Source: Vicinamibacterales bacterium (GTDB lineage Bacteria; Acidobacteriota; Vicinamibacteria; Vicinamibacterales; UBA8438). From it: a stretch of DNA of 64,000 bases. The stretch's first letter is position 1, and the number at the start of each line of letters is the position of its first letter. A program made the translations under genes and the position numbers. The stretch is taken from the NCBI GenBank assembly GCA_963663195.1, contig OY760136.1, positions 4,030,300 to 4,094,299 of the forward strand. Direction: 5' to 3'. The notes beneath the pieces were generated by a model that did no database searches, was not told the origin of the DNA, and saw nothing but the letters and a program-made list of their open reading frames with translations. Of this stretch, positions 16,517 through 26,371 are shown piece after piece.

Positions 16517-19500
16517 TTAGAAGTCGAGCTGAGCCGCGAACCTCAATAGCCGAGGCGGCATGAACCCGAGGGGGCTCAAGTAGCTGGCCTGGGCGTACGA
16601 CTCGCTGAAGACGGCGTTGTTGTTGAACACGTTATAGATGTCGATCATCGCCCGTATGCGGGCTCGGCCGGCCTGGAAGATCTTCGTGAACCGCAGGTCG
16701 AACTGGTTGAAGCGCTCCCCGTAAACCGTTCCTGGCTCCAGGGCGTTGATGGTCACCGCGTCTCCGGAGGCCGGCGGCCTGCCGAGCGCCGCCGCGATCT
16801 CCGCCGACGTGACGGTGACGAGAGCCTGCCGTTCCGGGCCGGGAGCCGACTGGAGCGTGGCGGCGACCTGGATGTCGTACGGCAGGGTGTACGACCCGAG
16901 CAACTTGATCTGCGTCAGCCAGGCGGTTGATGAATCGCAGAACTCCTGCGCGAGCGTGTCGGTGCCGCGCACCAGATCTCCCCGGCGGGAGAGATGCTCC
17001 GGCGCAGCGGCATACGGGCCGCAGTAGTCGTATGACGTCGTCCCGGTGGACAGCCCGCCCTGGAGGGTCAGCTCATCCAGCCGTGCGTTGAGCGTGACGT
17101 CGACGCCGTTGAACACCTGCTCTTCGCCGCCGAAATGATTCGCCGACGTGAACAGGACATCGGGCTGGCGGCCGAACGCCTCTGGCCTGATCTCGGGGAA
17201 GGTGACCGTCCCGACGCCGGGAATGCCCCGGCCGCTCAGATCCACGGTGGCCAGGTCATAATCGCTACCTGACAGCGCCCGGTCGTCCTGTAGCGCGAAG
17301 TTGACGAAGTTGCGGCGGAACCAGGTCACGTCGAGCGCCATGCCGGCGGTCAGCTCCTGCTGTATCCCGGCGGTCACTTCCCAGTTGGAGAAGCGCTGGC
17401 CATATCCGCTCGCCCAGTCGGGGTCGAGGAATTGGAACGGCGCGGTGCCGCCCCAGGCCGCGTTGGCGATTGGGAAGATCAGCTCTCCGTTCGGGGCGGG
17501 GTTGGCCGGGTCGCCCTGCACGAAGCCGTCGCCGGCGATACACTCGACCGGCCCGATACAGGACGGGAAGACGGGTGGAATGCCGGCGAAGCGATGGCCG
17601 GGCGCCCCGTCGAGCCACACCCTGTCGTTTGCGCGGGCCGGGACAGCCGAGAACGGGTTCAGCAGGACCGCCCACTCGGAGTTCGACCGCGTGCCGTAGC
17701 GGTTGGCCGACGCCTTGAGCGCCGTCCGCCCGTCGCCAAACACGTCGTACGCCACCCCCAGCCGTGGCTGCAGGTCGTTCCAGGCCACGATATCCGAGAC
17801 GCCGGAGATCGACTGACCTTGCGGCTCCCAGGTCGACGCGGCGCGAGTCTGGTCCGGATACGAGTTTGTGAGCCGGTCGAGGCGGAGGCCGGCGTTGACG
17901 GTAACCTGGCCGAGCGTTATCTGGTCCTGCGCGTAGATTCCGTAGGCGATGCCCTCGTTGGTCGAATCGTGTGGCAGCCAGAAGCCTGCCTGCAGCGGGA
18001 GCCCAAGAATGGCAAGCGCGTTGGTGAAGTTCTGGTTGCTGAAGGTTTGGAACCTCTCGGAGGTCCGCGTGCCGCTAAACCCCACCTTCAGGTTGTGGGT
18101 GCCGGTCACGTAGGTCATGCTGCCGCGGAAGGAGTGGGTCGCCCGCCAGCTGTCGTATCCACTCCCCTGCGATATGAAGTGGTTGTTGCGGTGAATCGTC
18201 AGCGTGCTGGCCTCCAGAAGCCCGAGCACGTCGTTGGCGGCATGCTCGTTGGGACCGGCGTCGAACTGGGCCGGGGAGCTCGAGAAACCCGCCTCGAACA
18301 GCAGGCGGTCGGTCGCCGGCCGGACCCAGTTGAACTGGGTCGTATGGAGTCTGTAGTCCCCACTGACGGAGCCTTCCGGCGCGATGAACAAGCCGAAGAG
18401 CGGCCCCGCCAGGGCATTCGGCTTTTCCCAGTCGGCGTAGTTGTAGAAGAACTTGAACTTGTCCTTCCGGGTCGCCTGGATCGTCAGGTTGAGAGTCGTG
18501 TCCTTGGAACCATTGATACTGGCCACAGGCTGGGTCGGGTCGGGCGTGTAAACGCTTGCTGCCGGGTCCACGGCCGCGAACACATTGGGAGTGAAGCTGT
18601 CGGCTACCTGCTGCGTGAACTGCGCGTAGAACCAGACGCGGTCCCTGACGATCGGGCCGCCGACCGCCGGATTGTACAACCATGCCCTGTCGAGCTCCGC
18701 GAAGTTCGAGGCGCCGGGCACCTCGTTCGTCCCCTGCAGCCCGGGGCCGGTGCCGCTCGCGAAAAAGGCTCCGCTGAACTGGTTGGCTCCCTCTCGAGGG
18801 ACCAGGTTCACGCCGACGCCGCCCAACGCCGCCTCGGCGCCGTGCCCGGAGACCTCGACTGACATCTCCTCCATTGCGCCGTCCGAGACCGTGCCGAACA
18901 TCTGCCCGGCGCCCCCGGAGAAGGCGTTGCTGACGTCCATGCCGTTGATGTTCGTTTGCCCGTCCTTCGGGCGGCTGCCGTGGATGTCGAGGGCCGCTAC
19001 GGTCTGGACCGTGGTGCCGCCCGCGTCCTGGTTGAGGCTCGTGCCGAACGCCGAAGAGGAGCTCATCCCGGGCACCAGCAGCGCGTAGCTCTGATGCGAC
19101 TTGCCTGTCGGGATCTCGTCGATGACCTCCCGATCGATGAGCGCCCGCTGCAAGGTGTTCTGGATGTCCACAACCGGGCTCGCGCCGGATACCGTCACCG
19201 TCTCCGCGATGTCGCCGACCGAGAGCTGCACGTCGATGCTCGCCGTGAAGCCGGTGGTGAGCTCGATGCCCTCGCGGACCAGCGTGGTGAACCCGGGCAG
19301 CGTGTAGGTGACCGAGTAGGTGCCCGGCTCGAGGGCCACGATGAGGTACTGCCCGCTGCCGTCGGTTACGGCCGTGCGCACCTGCTCGATGATGTCCGGG
19401 CTGCGCGCCTCCACGGTCACGCCGGGCAGCACGCCGCCGGTCGTGTCGCTAACTGTGCCGCCGATCTGCTGGGCGCTGGCCACGCCGGCGCCCAAAAGAA

Positions 19501-19558
19501 CGCATGCGATAACCGCGCACGCTGTGAGTGGTCTTCCCTGTCGACTTCGACGCTGCAT
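16517..19558 (-). CDS. TonB-dependent receptor-like outer-membrane protein with N-terminal carboxypeptidase-regulatory-like domain
   Basis: The start MQRRSRQGRPLTACAVIACVLLGAGVASAQQ is at 19558. The sequence IGGTVSDTTGGVLPGVTVEARS..GSGQYLIVALEPGTYSVTYTLPGF is CarboxypepD_reg-like, and a roughly 900-aa barrel ends ..LLRFAAQLDF. Confidence 0.85.
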   Translation of the reverse strand: MQRRSRQGRPLTACAVIACVLLGAGVASAQQIGGTVSDTTGGVLPGVTVEARSPDIIEQVRTAVTDGSGQYLIVALEPGTYSVTYTLPGFTTLVREGIELTTGFTASIDVQLSVGDIAETVTVSGASPVVDIQNTLQRALIDREVIDEIPTGKSHQSYALLVPGMSSSSAFGTSLNQDAGGTTVQTVAALDIHGSRPKDGQTNINGMDVSNAFSGGAGQMFGTVSDGAMEEMSVEVSGHGAEAALGGVGVNLVPREGANQFSGAFFASGTGPGLQGTNEVPGASNFAELDRAWLYNPAVGGPIVRDRVWFYAQFTQQVADSFTPNVFAAVDPAASVYTPDPTQPVASINGSKDTTLNLTIQATRKDKFKFFYNYADWEKPNALAGPLFGLFIAPEGSVSGDYRLHTTQFNWVRPATDRLLFEAGFSSSPAQFDAGPNEHAANDVLGLLEASTLTIHRNNHFISQGSGYDSWRATHSFRGSMTYVTGTHNLKVGFSGTRTSERFQTFSNQNFTNALAILGLPLQAGFWLPHDSTNEGIAYGIYAQDQITLGQVTVNAGLRLDRLTNSYPDQTRAASTWEPQGQSISGVSDIVAWNDLQPRLGVAYDVFGDGRTALKASANRYGTRSNSEWAVLLNPFSAVPARANDRVWLDGAPGHRFAGIPPVFPSCIGPVECIAGDGFVQGDPANPAPNGELIFPIANAAWGGTAPFQFLDPDWASGYGQRFSNWEVTAGIQQELTAGMALDVTWFRRNFVNFALQDDRALSGSDYDLATVDLSGRGIPGVGTVTFPEIRPEAFGRQPDVLFTSANHFGGEEQVFNGVDVTLNARLDELTLQGGLSTGTTSYDYCGPYAAAPEHLSRRGDLVRGTDTLAQEFCDSSTAWLTQIKLLGSYTLPYDIQVAATLQSAPGPERQALVTVTSAEIAAALGRPPASGDAVTINALEPGTVYGERFNQFDLRFTKIFQAGRARIRAMIDIYNVFNNNAVFSESYAQASYLSPLGFMPPRLLRFAAQLDF

Positions 19559-19718
19559 CAAGCTCTTCAAGCCCCTCCCCCTCCTCGCCAATCGGTGATC
19601 GTCACCTGGTGCGCGCCGACGGCTGTCGGCGCAGGTCCACCGGTCAGACAAAACTGCTTTTTATACCATATTTACGGTGATGCTGCGGCTGCCCGGAGAG
19701 CCAGGAGCCGGCGCGTCG

Positions 19719-20684
19719 CTAGCGACCGGTCTCGAGCCACTCCATGATGCGTCGGGTCACGAACTCCGGCTGCTCCCGATGCGGTCCGTGGCCCACGCCC
19801 GGGAGCACCTGAATCGTCAGCGGCGCGTCAATCCACTCCCACATGTCGCCCAGCGTCGCGTTCAGGAAGAACGGCGAGTCCTTCCCATAGATCAACAACG
19901 TCGGCGCCTGGACGGGCGGAAACTCGCCGTACTTGAACCCGAACGACTCCGTGTCCATCGTCACCGGCCTGACCGGCCAGTTCGTCTTGTAGAAGGCGAC
20001 GATCGAATCGGCGTCGATGCTCGCGTTGGCCTCTTGCCGCAGCTGGGCCAGGTTCGCCGGCTCGCTCGGGTCCGCGGGCGCATTCCGCAACGTCTCGGCA
20101 AACCCGCTGCCGGCGTTCGGGTTCTCGATCATGCCCCACTGGAACGTGCTCCCCTTCTGTTGGTCGGGGTTGTCGATCAGCTCGCGGATCAGCCCTGCCG
20201 GGTGCACCGACCCCAGCGAGATCAGACGCTCCGTCTGCTCGGGATGCGTCATCGCGAAATGCCACGCGTGAAGCCCGCCGCTGTCCTGCCCGATGATCGT
20301 CGCCTTGTCCTCGCCGAGATGCTCGATGATGGCGCTGACGTCGTCGGCGATGCGGGCCGTGTCGTAGTTTTCGTCCCCGTCCGGCCGGTCGCTCCCCTGG
20401 GTTCCGCGGGTCGACATCACGACGACCTGATATTTATCGGCGAGCATGACGATCTGATGCCTGTAATCGAACCAGGGGCTGGCGACGCCGTGCAGGAACA
20501 CCACGAGCGGCCCTTCGCCGGTCGTGTGGTACTGAATGTTGACCCCGTTCGAGTTGACCGATCCCTCCGTGGCGTCAACCGATGCGCCTCGCCAATCGGT
20601 GACGGTCACCTGTGCGTCCGCGACCGGCGGCACAAGGCCCAGCAACCCGACGAGCACGAGCGAATACACAGTTCTCAAGACCAC
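19719..20684 (-). CDS. Exported alpha/beta hydrolase (epoxide-hydrolase/haloalkane-dehalogenase-like, Asp nucleophile)
   Basis: Signal peptide, then HG oxyanion motif VVFLHGVASPW, nucleophile elbow IIGQDSGG (Asp rather than Ser) and a C-terminal ..GVGHGPHREQPE.. The start (GTG 20684 or TTG 20678) is uncertain. Confidence 0.8.
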   Translation of the reverse strand: MVLRTVYSLVLVGLLGLVPPVADAQVTVTDWRGASVDATEGSVNSNGVNIQYHTTGEGPLVVFLHGVASPWFDYRHQIVMLADKYQVVVMSTRGTQGSDRPDGDENYDTARIADDVSAIIEHLGEDKATIIGQDSGGLHAWHFAMTHPEQTERLISLGSVHPAGLIRELIDNPDQQKGSTFQWGMIENPNAGSGFAETLRNAPADPSEPANLAQLRQEANASIDADSIVAFYKTNWPVRPVTMDTESFGFKYGEFPPVQAPTLLIYGKDSPFFLNATLGDMWEWIDAPLTIQVLPGVGHGPHREQPEFVTRRIMEWLETGR

Positions 20685-20816
20685 TCCTCCTACCAGGACA
20701 GCGTTCCGGGGAATCCGGCAGCGGCGGGTATTGACCGGCGGACACCCGCGGAAACCAGCGTAAATTCTAAACGAGAATTCCAGTCAATGTTGTGGAGCGC
20801 GACGCGGAGCTCCTAG

Positions 20817-20992
20817 CCCGCATTTCTCACCGGCGTTCGTCGCGAGGGCGTCGAGGCGCCGGTGTGGTGGGTCGCACGGACCGAACCACGCTGCAGGCGT
20901 AGTCGTAACTACGTCGAAGCGGCGTGAGGGAGTACGGCCCGCCACGGCGAGCGGATCGGCGGCCGCAGCAGAAGGTTGGTGAGAAATGCGGG
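20817..20992. mobile_element. MITE-like repeat, copy B (both arms, no central module; inverted relative to copy A)
   Basis: The ends are CCCGCATTTCTCACC..(176 bp)..GGTGAGAAATGCGGG, flanked by a direct CTAG (20813-20816 and 20993-20996). The internal hairpin CGTAGTcgtaACTACG is shared with copy A. Confidence 0.8.
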
Positions 20993-21400
20993 CTAGTGTG
21001 CCCGCTGGGGATCCTGGACGGACCCGGCCTGCTGCAGGAACAACGGCTTCGAGGCCACCACGCGCCCCTCGAAGAATACGCGGACGGTGTAGCGCCCCGC
21101 CTCGTCGAACGCCGTGTCGGTCAGTGTGAGGAAGACGAAACCCTGGCCGATCTCCGACATGGATGCATGCGCGTCATTGTGGGTGGAGAGCAGCACACGA
21201 TGCCGCGGGTCCAGGATGTCTACCGCTACGTCGCAGCCTTCATCGTGGTGACCGACCATCTGGACGGCGACGACCATCTGCGGGTGGCTGACGGGAAAGG
21301 CCGCCGACTGGATGTGGTCGAACATGCCGATGACGCACGGCTGACCGCGATCGTCCTCATATGCGCGGTCGCAGATGAAGATGTGAGCAACCTCTGCCAT
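20993..21400 (-). CDS. Small hypothetical protein (135 aa), no signal peptide
   Basis: AAGGAG lies 6 nt upstream of ATG 21400. The product is MAEVAHIFICDRAYEDDRGQPCVIGMFDHIQSAAFPV..RYTVRVFFEGRVVASKPLFL, and I cannot assign a domain with confidence. The stop TAG forms part of the CTAG flanking MITE copy B. Confidence 0.6.
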   Translation of the reverse strand: MAEVAHIFICDRAYEDDRGQPCVIGMFDHIQSAAFPVSHPQMVVAVQMVGHHDEGCDVAVDILDPRHRVLLSTHNDAHASMSEIGQGFVFLTLTDTAFDEAGRYTVRVFFEGRVVASKPLFLQQAGSVQDPQRAH

Positions 21401-21421
21401 CGGCAACTCCTTACCTTAGAT

Positions 21422-21439
21422 GGGGCTGCGCCCCAACCC
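21422..21439. repeat. Solo copy of the repeat core hairpin (GGGGCTGCGCCCCAACCC)
   Basis: The context is TTAGATGGGGCTGCGCCCCAACCC, between the P4 stop (21452) and the small-gene start (21400). It matches the core of copies A, C and D. Confidence 0.75.
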
Positions 21440-21451
21440 GCTGTGCGGGCC

Positions 21452-22513
21452 TTACCGCGATCCGTTGCCGGCGGCCGCCTCGGCGGCCTGGCGCTCGAGG
21501 TTGCGGGCGATCTCGAGGATGTTCACGATGCCGTGATTGCCCTCGTGGCAGCCGTACTCGAACATTGGCCCCTCGGTCTTGATCATCGGCACCTCGGCGC
21601 TCCACGGGCTGGTCCAGGTGGTCGGATCGTTGACGGTGAACTCGTAGCGGATTTCATTCTCCGAGATGCGGGTGAAACGCTCCACGACATGCCGGAACTG
21701 GTTCGAACCGCGGAGATTCCGGCGCGCGACGAAGTTCTGCGATTCGACCACGAGCGTGTCGCCCTCCCAGCGCGCGCGCGAGTCGCCGTGCAACTGGCGA
21801 ATCGTGTCCGGCAGCGGCGGGCGTCCGTCAAGCGGGATCATGCGCGGGAATCCGGTGCTTATTTCGGTGAAGACGACGAAGTGGTCAGGTGTCTGGAAGA
21901 TCTGATGGATGTCGTTGTACGCCGGCGGCAGCATCGGCGGCCCTTCGTGCGCCCAGATAATGCAGCGCTCCATGAACGAGCGCGTCTCGTGGCTGTCAAA
22001 TATGCTGCGCATCGCGCGCTCACGCGCCACGCGCGCGGCGCCCGCGGGCGTCATGGCCGGCAACCGGCCGTTCCGCGGATAGGTGACGAGCGACGTGCGC
22101 CGGGTCGAGAGACCCTTGGGCGTTGGCGTGCGCAGCCAGATCTCGTTGTCGTAGTGGACGTAGGACGCGTCGCGGTTGTCCTGGTAGAGCGCCTGTTCAC
22201 GCTCGGTGTCGTCTGCTATCTCGATCGCGTCGCGGCGCAGCGGATCGACCCCCTCGGCTGTGAGCTGCTCCTGCAGGACCGCCCATTCCTCGTCCGAGAA
22301 GAATTCCTTGTCGGCCAGACGCTCGGGCCGTTCGAGCGGCGTGAACGTCTGCGTGGTCCAGTACCCCTGCATGTCCGGATGGCCGTCCGGCGTGCGCGGA
22401 ACCGTCCAGTTTGCGTCGGCCTCCGCCGCCGGCCCCTGACCGGCTGCATCCGCCGGCAGCAGCGTCCCTACCACGACAACCGTTGCCAACGCGGCAAGAT
22501 GACTGTGGCTCAT
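21452..22513 (-). CDS. Family paralogue P4 (TPDGHPDMQGYW subtype)
   Basis: About 65% identical by eye to P3: signal peptide, [67 protein letters not shown] and FEYGCHEGNH. Confidence 0.9.
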   Translation of the reverse strand: MSHSHLAALATVVVVGTLLPADAAGQGPAAEADANWTVPRTPDGHPDMQGYWTTQTFTPLERPERLADKEFFSDEEWAVLQEQLTAEGVDPLRRDAIEIADDTEREQALYQDNRDASYVHYDNEIWLRTPTPKGLSTRRTSLVTYPRNGRLPAMTPAGAARVARERAMRSIFDSHETRSFMERCIIWAHEGPPMLPPAYNDIHQIFQTPDHFVVFTEISTGFPRMIPLDGRPPLPDTIRQLHGDSRARWEGDTLVVESQNFVARRNLRGSNQFRHVVERFTRISENEIRYEFTVNDPTTWTSPWSAEVPMIKTEGPMFEYGCHEGNHGIVNILEIARNLERQAAEAAAGNGSR

Positions 22514-22588
22514 CGGACCCTCCCTCGTGACGCCCGTTGCAGCCGGGCAACGGGCGCGGAACCGGATCGCTACGGAATGAAGGACATT

Positions 22589-24325
22589 CTAACAGCAGAC
22601 CGGCGCTGCGCCGGCCGGGGCGTTGGCGGCAACATGCGCGGCCATCCGCCGCACGAGCTCAGCGTTGGTGAATGGCGACCAGCCGTGGCCCTTCATGGGA
22701 CGGCCGTGGACGATCTCGCCGCGGTAGTGCGGATCGGTCGTACCTTCGAGGAATTCCTCCAGGAGGTACACCGCGTACGGCAGGTAGAACTGGTCCATCT
22801 CGGGGTTGTAGATCCGGATCTTGCCGGCGAGGTCCGGGCCGATGCGGGACCAGTTCTCGGACAGGTAGTGCCGCAGGTCGTAGCCGTTGTCCCGCATGTA
22901 GAAGGCTGCCTCGCGGTCGATCGCGCCGGTTTCCAGGTCCCACACGCGCCGCGGGTAGCCATCGTCGCCGAGCGGTCCGTACGCCGCGTTCCAGGCGTCG
23001 ATCTGCCCGCCGGATCGCCCGCGTGAGCCCTGGGCGCGCTCCAACTGGCTCAGTTGCCGGACGCTGCCGACCGGCTGTCCCTCGATGGTCCGCTGAAACA
23101 TCCGCTCCGGCGCGCCGGGCACGGCATTCGGGACCAGAAAGGCGTTGGCGTCCTCGTAGATATTGATCAACTGGTAGCGCCGGAAGTCGACGGAATCCGG
23201 ATTGAACACCCATGTGCCGCCGTAGAAGCGCGGGTAGTGTATCTGCGAGGCCAGGGCAATCCAGCCGCCGGTGGAGCCGCCCGTGAGCACCCGGGCGTAC
23301 GGCTCGCCAATCATCCGGAATTGCTCCTCCAGGTACGGGATCAGCTCCTGGTGGATCGCGTCGCCGTACGGGCCGTTGTTCGCCGAGTTGAGGCCGTAGG
23401 AATCGTCGAAGAAGGGCGTGGGGTGCTGCAGCGTCACCGCAATGACACGCGGAAAATCGTCGGCCGTCCACGCCTGTTGGAATTCGTAACCCGATTCGCG
23501 CATCCCGCCCGCCTCCCGCAGCAACTGCGCGAAGAGCTCGGGGCCTCCCGACGGCGGCTCGGTCGTGAAGCCGAACGCGGGGTCCAGGCTGAAGTGGCCG
23601 GCCTCGAATACGACCGGATAGCGCAGCTCCGGGTGATCGTCGTAGCCCCGCGGCAGCAGCACGACGGCGCCGAGGTGCATGGGTTGCCCCCACCATTCGC
23701 TCAGGATGCGGCTCTCTATCCGTATGTGCTTGACCCAATCGGTGTCCGCCGGCGCCTCGATGGTCGGAATCGTGCCGGTGAGCATCAGGCGGATCGGTGT
23801 CCCCGAAACGGGGTCGACGGTGACGCGGCGCGGAGCGCTGACCAGGTTGCCCGGCGAGAACGCCCAGCGCTGGCCTTCCCACCGGTCCCGCGGGGCCCAG
23901 ATGATGTGGCCGTCCCGGCGATGAAATTCGGTGTAGACGTGGACCAGCGCCTGGACCCAGTAGTCGCCGGCCGGCAGGGCGTCCAGGCGGGTGTACGGAT
24001 ACCCCTCCGCGTCCGCGTCGATGACCATGACGTCGCCGGGGGAGACTCCGGCCACGTCTGCCGCGAAGAACGGCACCCGGCCATCGCGCTGCCGCGCCGA
24101 GTTGTACGCCGCTATCCGCGGCTCGGAATCCGCGGACGGACTGAGCGCCAGAAAGAGGCGCCCGGTGAGCGATCCGTCGTGCACGTCGCCGGAGTGCGTG
24201 ACTTCGATGCGCAGCCGGGCGGGCGGGCGGTCCCCCAGGGCCGGGTCAGGCGGGGCGTCGGTACAACCGGTCAGAATCAGGCCCGTGGACAGGGCCCACA
24301 AGGCGCGTGCAACAGGCCGGATCAT
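22589..24325 (-). CDS. Lipoprotein, putative esterase (esterase D / siderophore-esterase-like alpha/beta fold)
   Basis: ATG 24325 gives MIRPVARALWALSTGLILTGC, which contains a lipobox. The C-terminal half has ..ARVLTGGSTGGWIALASQIHYP.., a GxSxG nucleophile elbow. Confidence 0.7.
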   Translation of the reverse strand: MIRPVARALWALSTGLILTGCTDAPPDPALGDRPPARLRIEVTHSGDVHDGSLTGRLFLALSPSADSEPRIAAYNSARQRDGRVPFFAADVAGVSPGDVMVIDADAEGYPYTRLDALPAGDYWVQALVHVYTEFHRRDGHIIWAPRDRWEGQRWAFSPGNLVSAPRRVTVDPVSGTPIRLMLTGTIPTIEAPADTDWVKHIRIESRILSEWWGQPMHLGAVVLLPRGYDDHPELRYPVVFEAGHFSLDPAFGFTTEPPSGGPELFAQLLREAGGMRESGYEFQQAWTADDFPRVIAVTLQHPTPFFDDSYGLNSANNGPYGDAIHQELIPYLEEQFRMIGEPYARVLTGGSTGGWIALASQIHYPRFYGGTWVFNPDSVDFRRYQLINIYEDANAFLVPNAVPGAPERMFQRTIEGQPVGSVRQLSQLERAQGSRGRSGGQIDAWNAAYGPLGDDGYPRRVWDLETGAIDREAAFYMRDNGYDLRHYLSENWSRIGPDLAGKIRIYNPEMDQFYLPYAVYLLEEFLEGTTDPHYRGEIVHGRPMKGHGWSPFTNAELVRRMAAHVAANAPAGAAPVCC

Positions 24326-24393
24326 TGCTCCGAACAATCGACGCTGCAAGACCGCATCCGCATTCGGATTGCGGCAACGGTGCCGCCGTCCGC

Positions 24394-26346
24394 TTATCCC
24401 TCCGGCAGCGCAAACGCGACCAGCGACGCATCCGGTCCGGCGCCCGTGGCGATGACAACAAATTGCCGGCCCGCGCGGCTGACGTACGTCATCGGGTTGC
24501 CGATCGTCCGGAACTCGGTGGGCGTGCGACTGATCTCACGGCCCGTGGCGGCCTCGAACGCGTACAGGTACGGCTCGCCGCCGCCGATGAAGAGGAGGCC
24601 GCTGGCGGTCGACATCGGTCCGTTCGTGCCCGGCGTGCCGAGGCGCTCGGGGAGGTCGACGCCCTGCAGCAGCGGATGGTTGCGCATGATCCTGCTGCCT
24701 TCGCCGAACGGCACCTTCCAGGCGATCTCGCCGCTGTTGAGGTCCATCGCCACGAGGTTGGCGTACGGCGGCTTGATCAGCGGAATCGCGCCAAGGCGGC
24801 TGCGCTGCGCCGGCCTCTCGCCGGCCAGGCCCCGGAAGATTCCGCCGGAGGCGCCCCAGGCACAATTGTTCGTGTAGGGAACGTCGACGTCCGGGAGTTC
24901 CTCGGGTGTCGCACATACCTGATTCGGCGAAACCCCTTCGGACGAGCGGACGATCAGCAGCCCCAACTCCTCGACGAACGTGGCGCCGCCCCAGTTCGCG
25001 CCGCCCGACTCCCGCGGCCGCATCAACGTACCCCGCAGGCTCGGCGGCGTGAACAGCGGGCCGAGGCGGAACTGCTGCATCTCCTCCACCGCCATGGCGT
25101 GAATCTCCGGCGTCAGGTCGTTGGCGTCGTCGAGCGACGTGCCCTGTCCGGCGAACGGCGGCGGCTTCGTCGGGAACGGCTGCGTCGGATACAGCACCTC
25201 GCCCGGCACGTCGGTGTCGGTGTCGACCGGACGCTCCTCGATAGGCCAGACCGGCTCGCCGGTCACCCGGTCGAAAACGTACGTGAATCCCTGTTTCGAC
25301 ACTTCCGCCACGGCGTCAATTTCGCGCCCGTCGACGTTGATGGTGATCAGGTTCGGCGGCGACGTGAAGTCGTAGTCCCAGACGCCGTGGTGCACCCCCT
25401 GGAAATGCCACTGCCGCTCGCCGGTCCGCGCGTCGAGGCAGACCAGCGTTTCCGCGAACAGGTTCGCGCCCGGCCGCCGGCCGCCCCAGTAGTCGCTGCT
25501 CGGCGTGCTGGTGGGCACATATAACAGGCCGCGCTCCTCGTCGAGCGACATCAGCCCCCAGACGTTGGCGTGTCCCGTGAAGCGCCACGACTGGTTCTCC
25601 CACGTGTCGGCGCCGAACGCGTCGTTGGACTGCGGCACGACGTAGAAGTGCCAGCGGCGCTCGCCCGTGTGCACATCGAACGCCTGCACGGAACCCGGCG
25701 TGTCGAAGCGGCGCTGGATGCGGTCCGGCACCCGGCTGCCTACGATCACCAGGTCCTCGAAGACGACCGGCGGCGACGTCTGGTCGAACATGTCGTCGGT
25801 CACGTCGTTCGTGAAATTCTCGATGAGCGAGACTCGCCCCCCCGTTCCGAAGTCCGGAATGGGCGCGCCGGTCTGCGCGTCGAGCGCGTGCAGGCTGACG
25901 CGGCTGTTGATGAAGACGCGCATGTCGTCGCCCTCGCCGTGCACGGCGACGCCGCGGTGCTTGTAGCCCCCCGGGCTGGCGCCCGCCGGCCCGGTTTCAT
26001 AAGCGCGCGGGTCGAACGCCCACAACTCGCGGCCGGTTTCGGCATCCAGCGCCACGACCCGCGTATACATGGTCGAGAGGTACAGCACGTTGTCGATCAT
26101 CAGCGGCGTCGTCTCGAAGCCGCCCGGGCGGGTGCCGTACTCCGGCAACGGCATCTCGTTCGGTTCCCACGTCCAGACCACCTCGAGCTGATCCACGTTT
26201 TCTGGCGTGACCTGGGTCGCCGCCGAAAACTTGGTGTGGTGCTGGTCGCCCCCGACGTAGGGCCACTCGAGCATCTGATCCTGGCCTTGTACGGCGGTGA
26301 GTGCGGCGGCGGTGAAGACGATCGCGAGCGCGGAGACTCTTGTCAT
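24394..26346 (-). CDS. PQQ-dependent dehydrogenase (glucose/quinate-type propeller), exported
   Basis: GGGAGG lies upstream of ATG 26346. After a signal peptide come EWPYVGGDQHHTKFS, LYLSTMYTRVVALDAETGRELW, WDYDFTSPPNL and a C-terminal ..PMTYVSRAGRQFVVIATG.. Confidence 0.85.
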   Translation of the reverse strand: MTRVSALAIVFTAAALTAVQGQDQMLEWPYVGGDQHHTKFSAATQVTPENVDQLEVVWTWEPNEMPLPEYGTRPGGFETTPLMIDNVLYLSTMYTRVVALDAETGRELWAFDPRAYETGPAGASPGGYKHRGVAVHGEGDDMRVFINSRVSLHALDAQTGAPIPDFGTGGRVSLIENFTNDVTDDMFDQTSPPVVFEDLVIVGSRVPDRIQRRFDTPGSVQAFDVHTGERRWHFYVVPQSNDAFGADTWENQSWRFTGHANVWGLMSLDEERGLLYVPTSTPSSDYWGGRRPGANLFAETLVCLDARTGERQWHFQGVHHGVWDYDFTSPPNLITINVDGREIDAVAEVSKQGFTYVFDRVTGEPVWPIEERPVDTDTDVPGEVLYPTQPFPTKPPPFAGQGTSLDDANDLTPEIHAMAVEEMQQFRLGPLFTPPSLRGTLMRPRESGGANWGGATFVEELGLLIVRSSEGVSPNQVCATPEELPDVDVPYTNNCAWGASGGIFRGLAGERPAQRSRLGAIPLIKPPYANLVAMDLNSGEIAWKVPFGEGSRIMRNHPLLQGVDLPERLGTPGTNGPMSTASGLLFIGGGEPYLYAFEAATGREISRTPTEFRTIGNPMTYVSRAGRQFVVIATGAGPDASLVAFALPEG

Positions 26347-26371
26347 CGATTCCTCCCGACTGCGCCATTAT

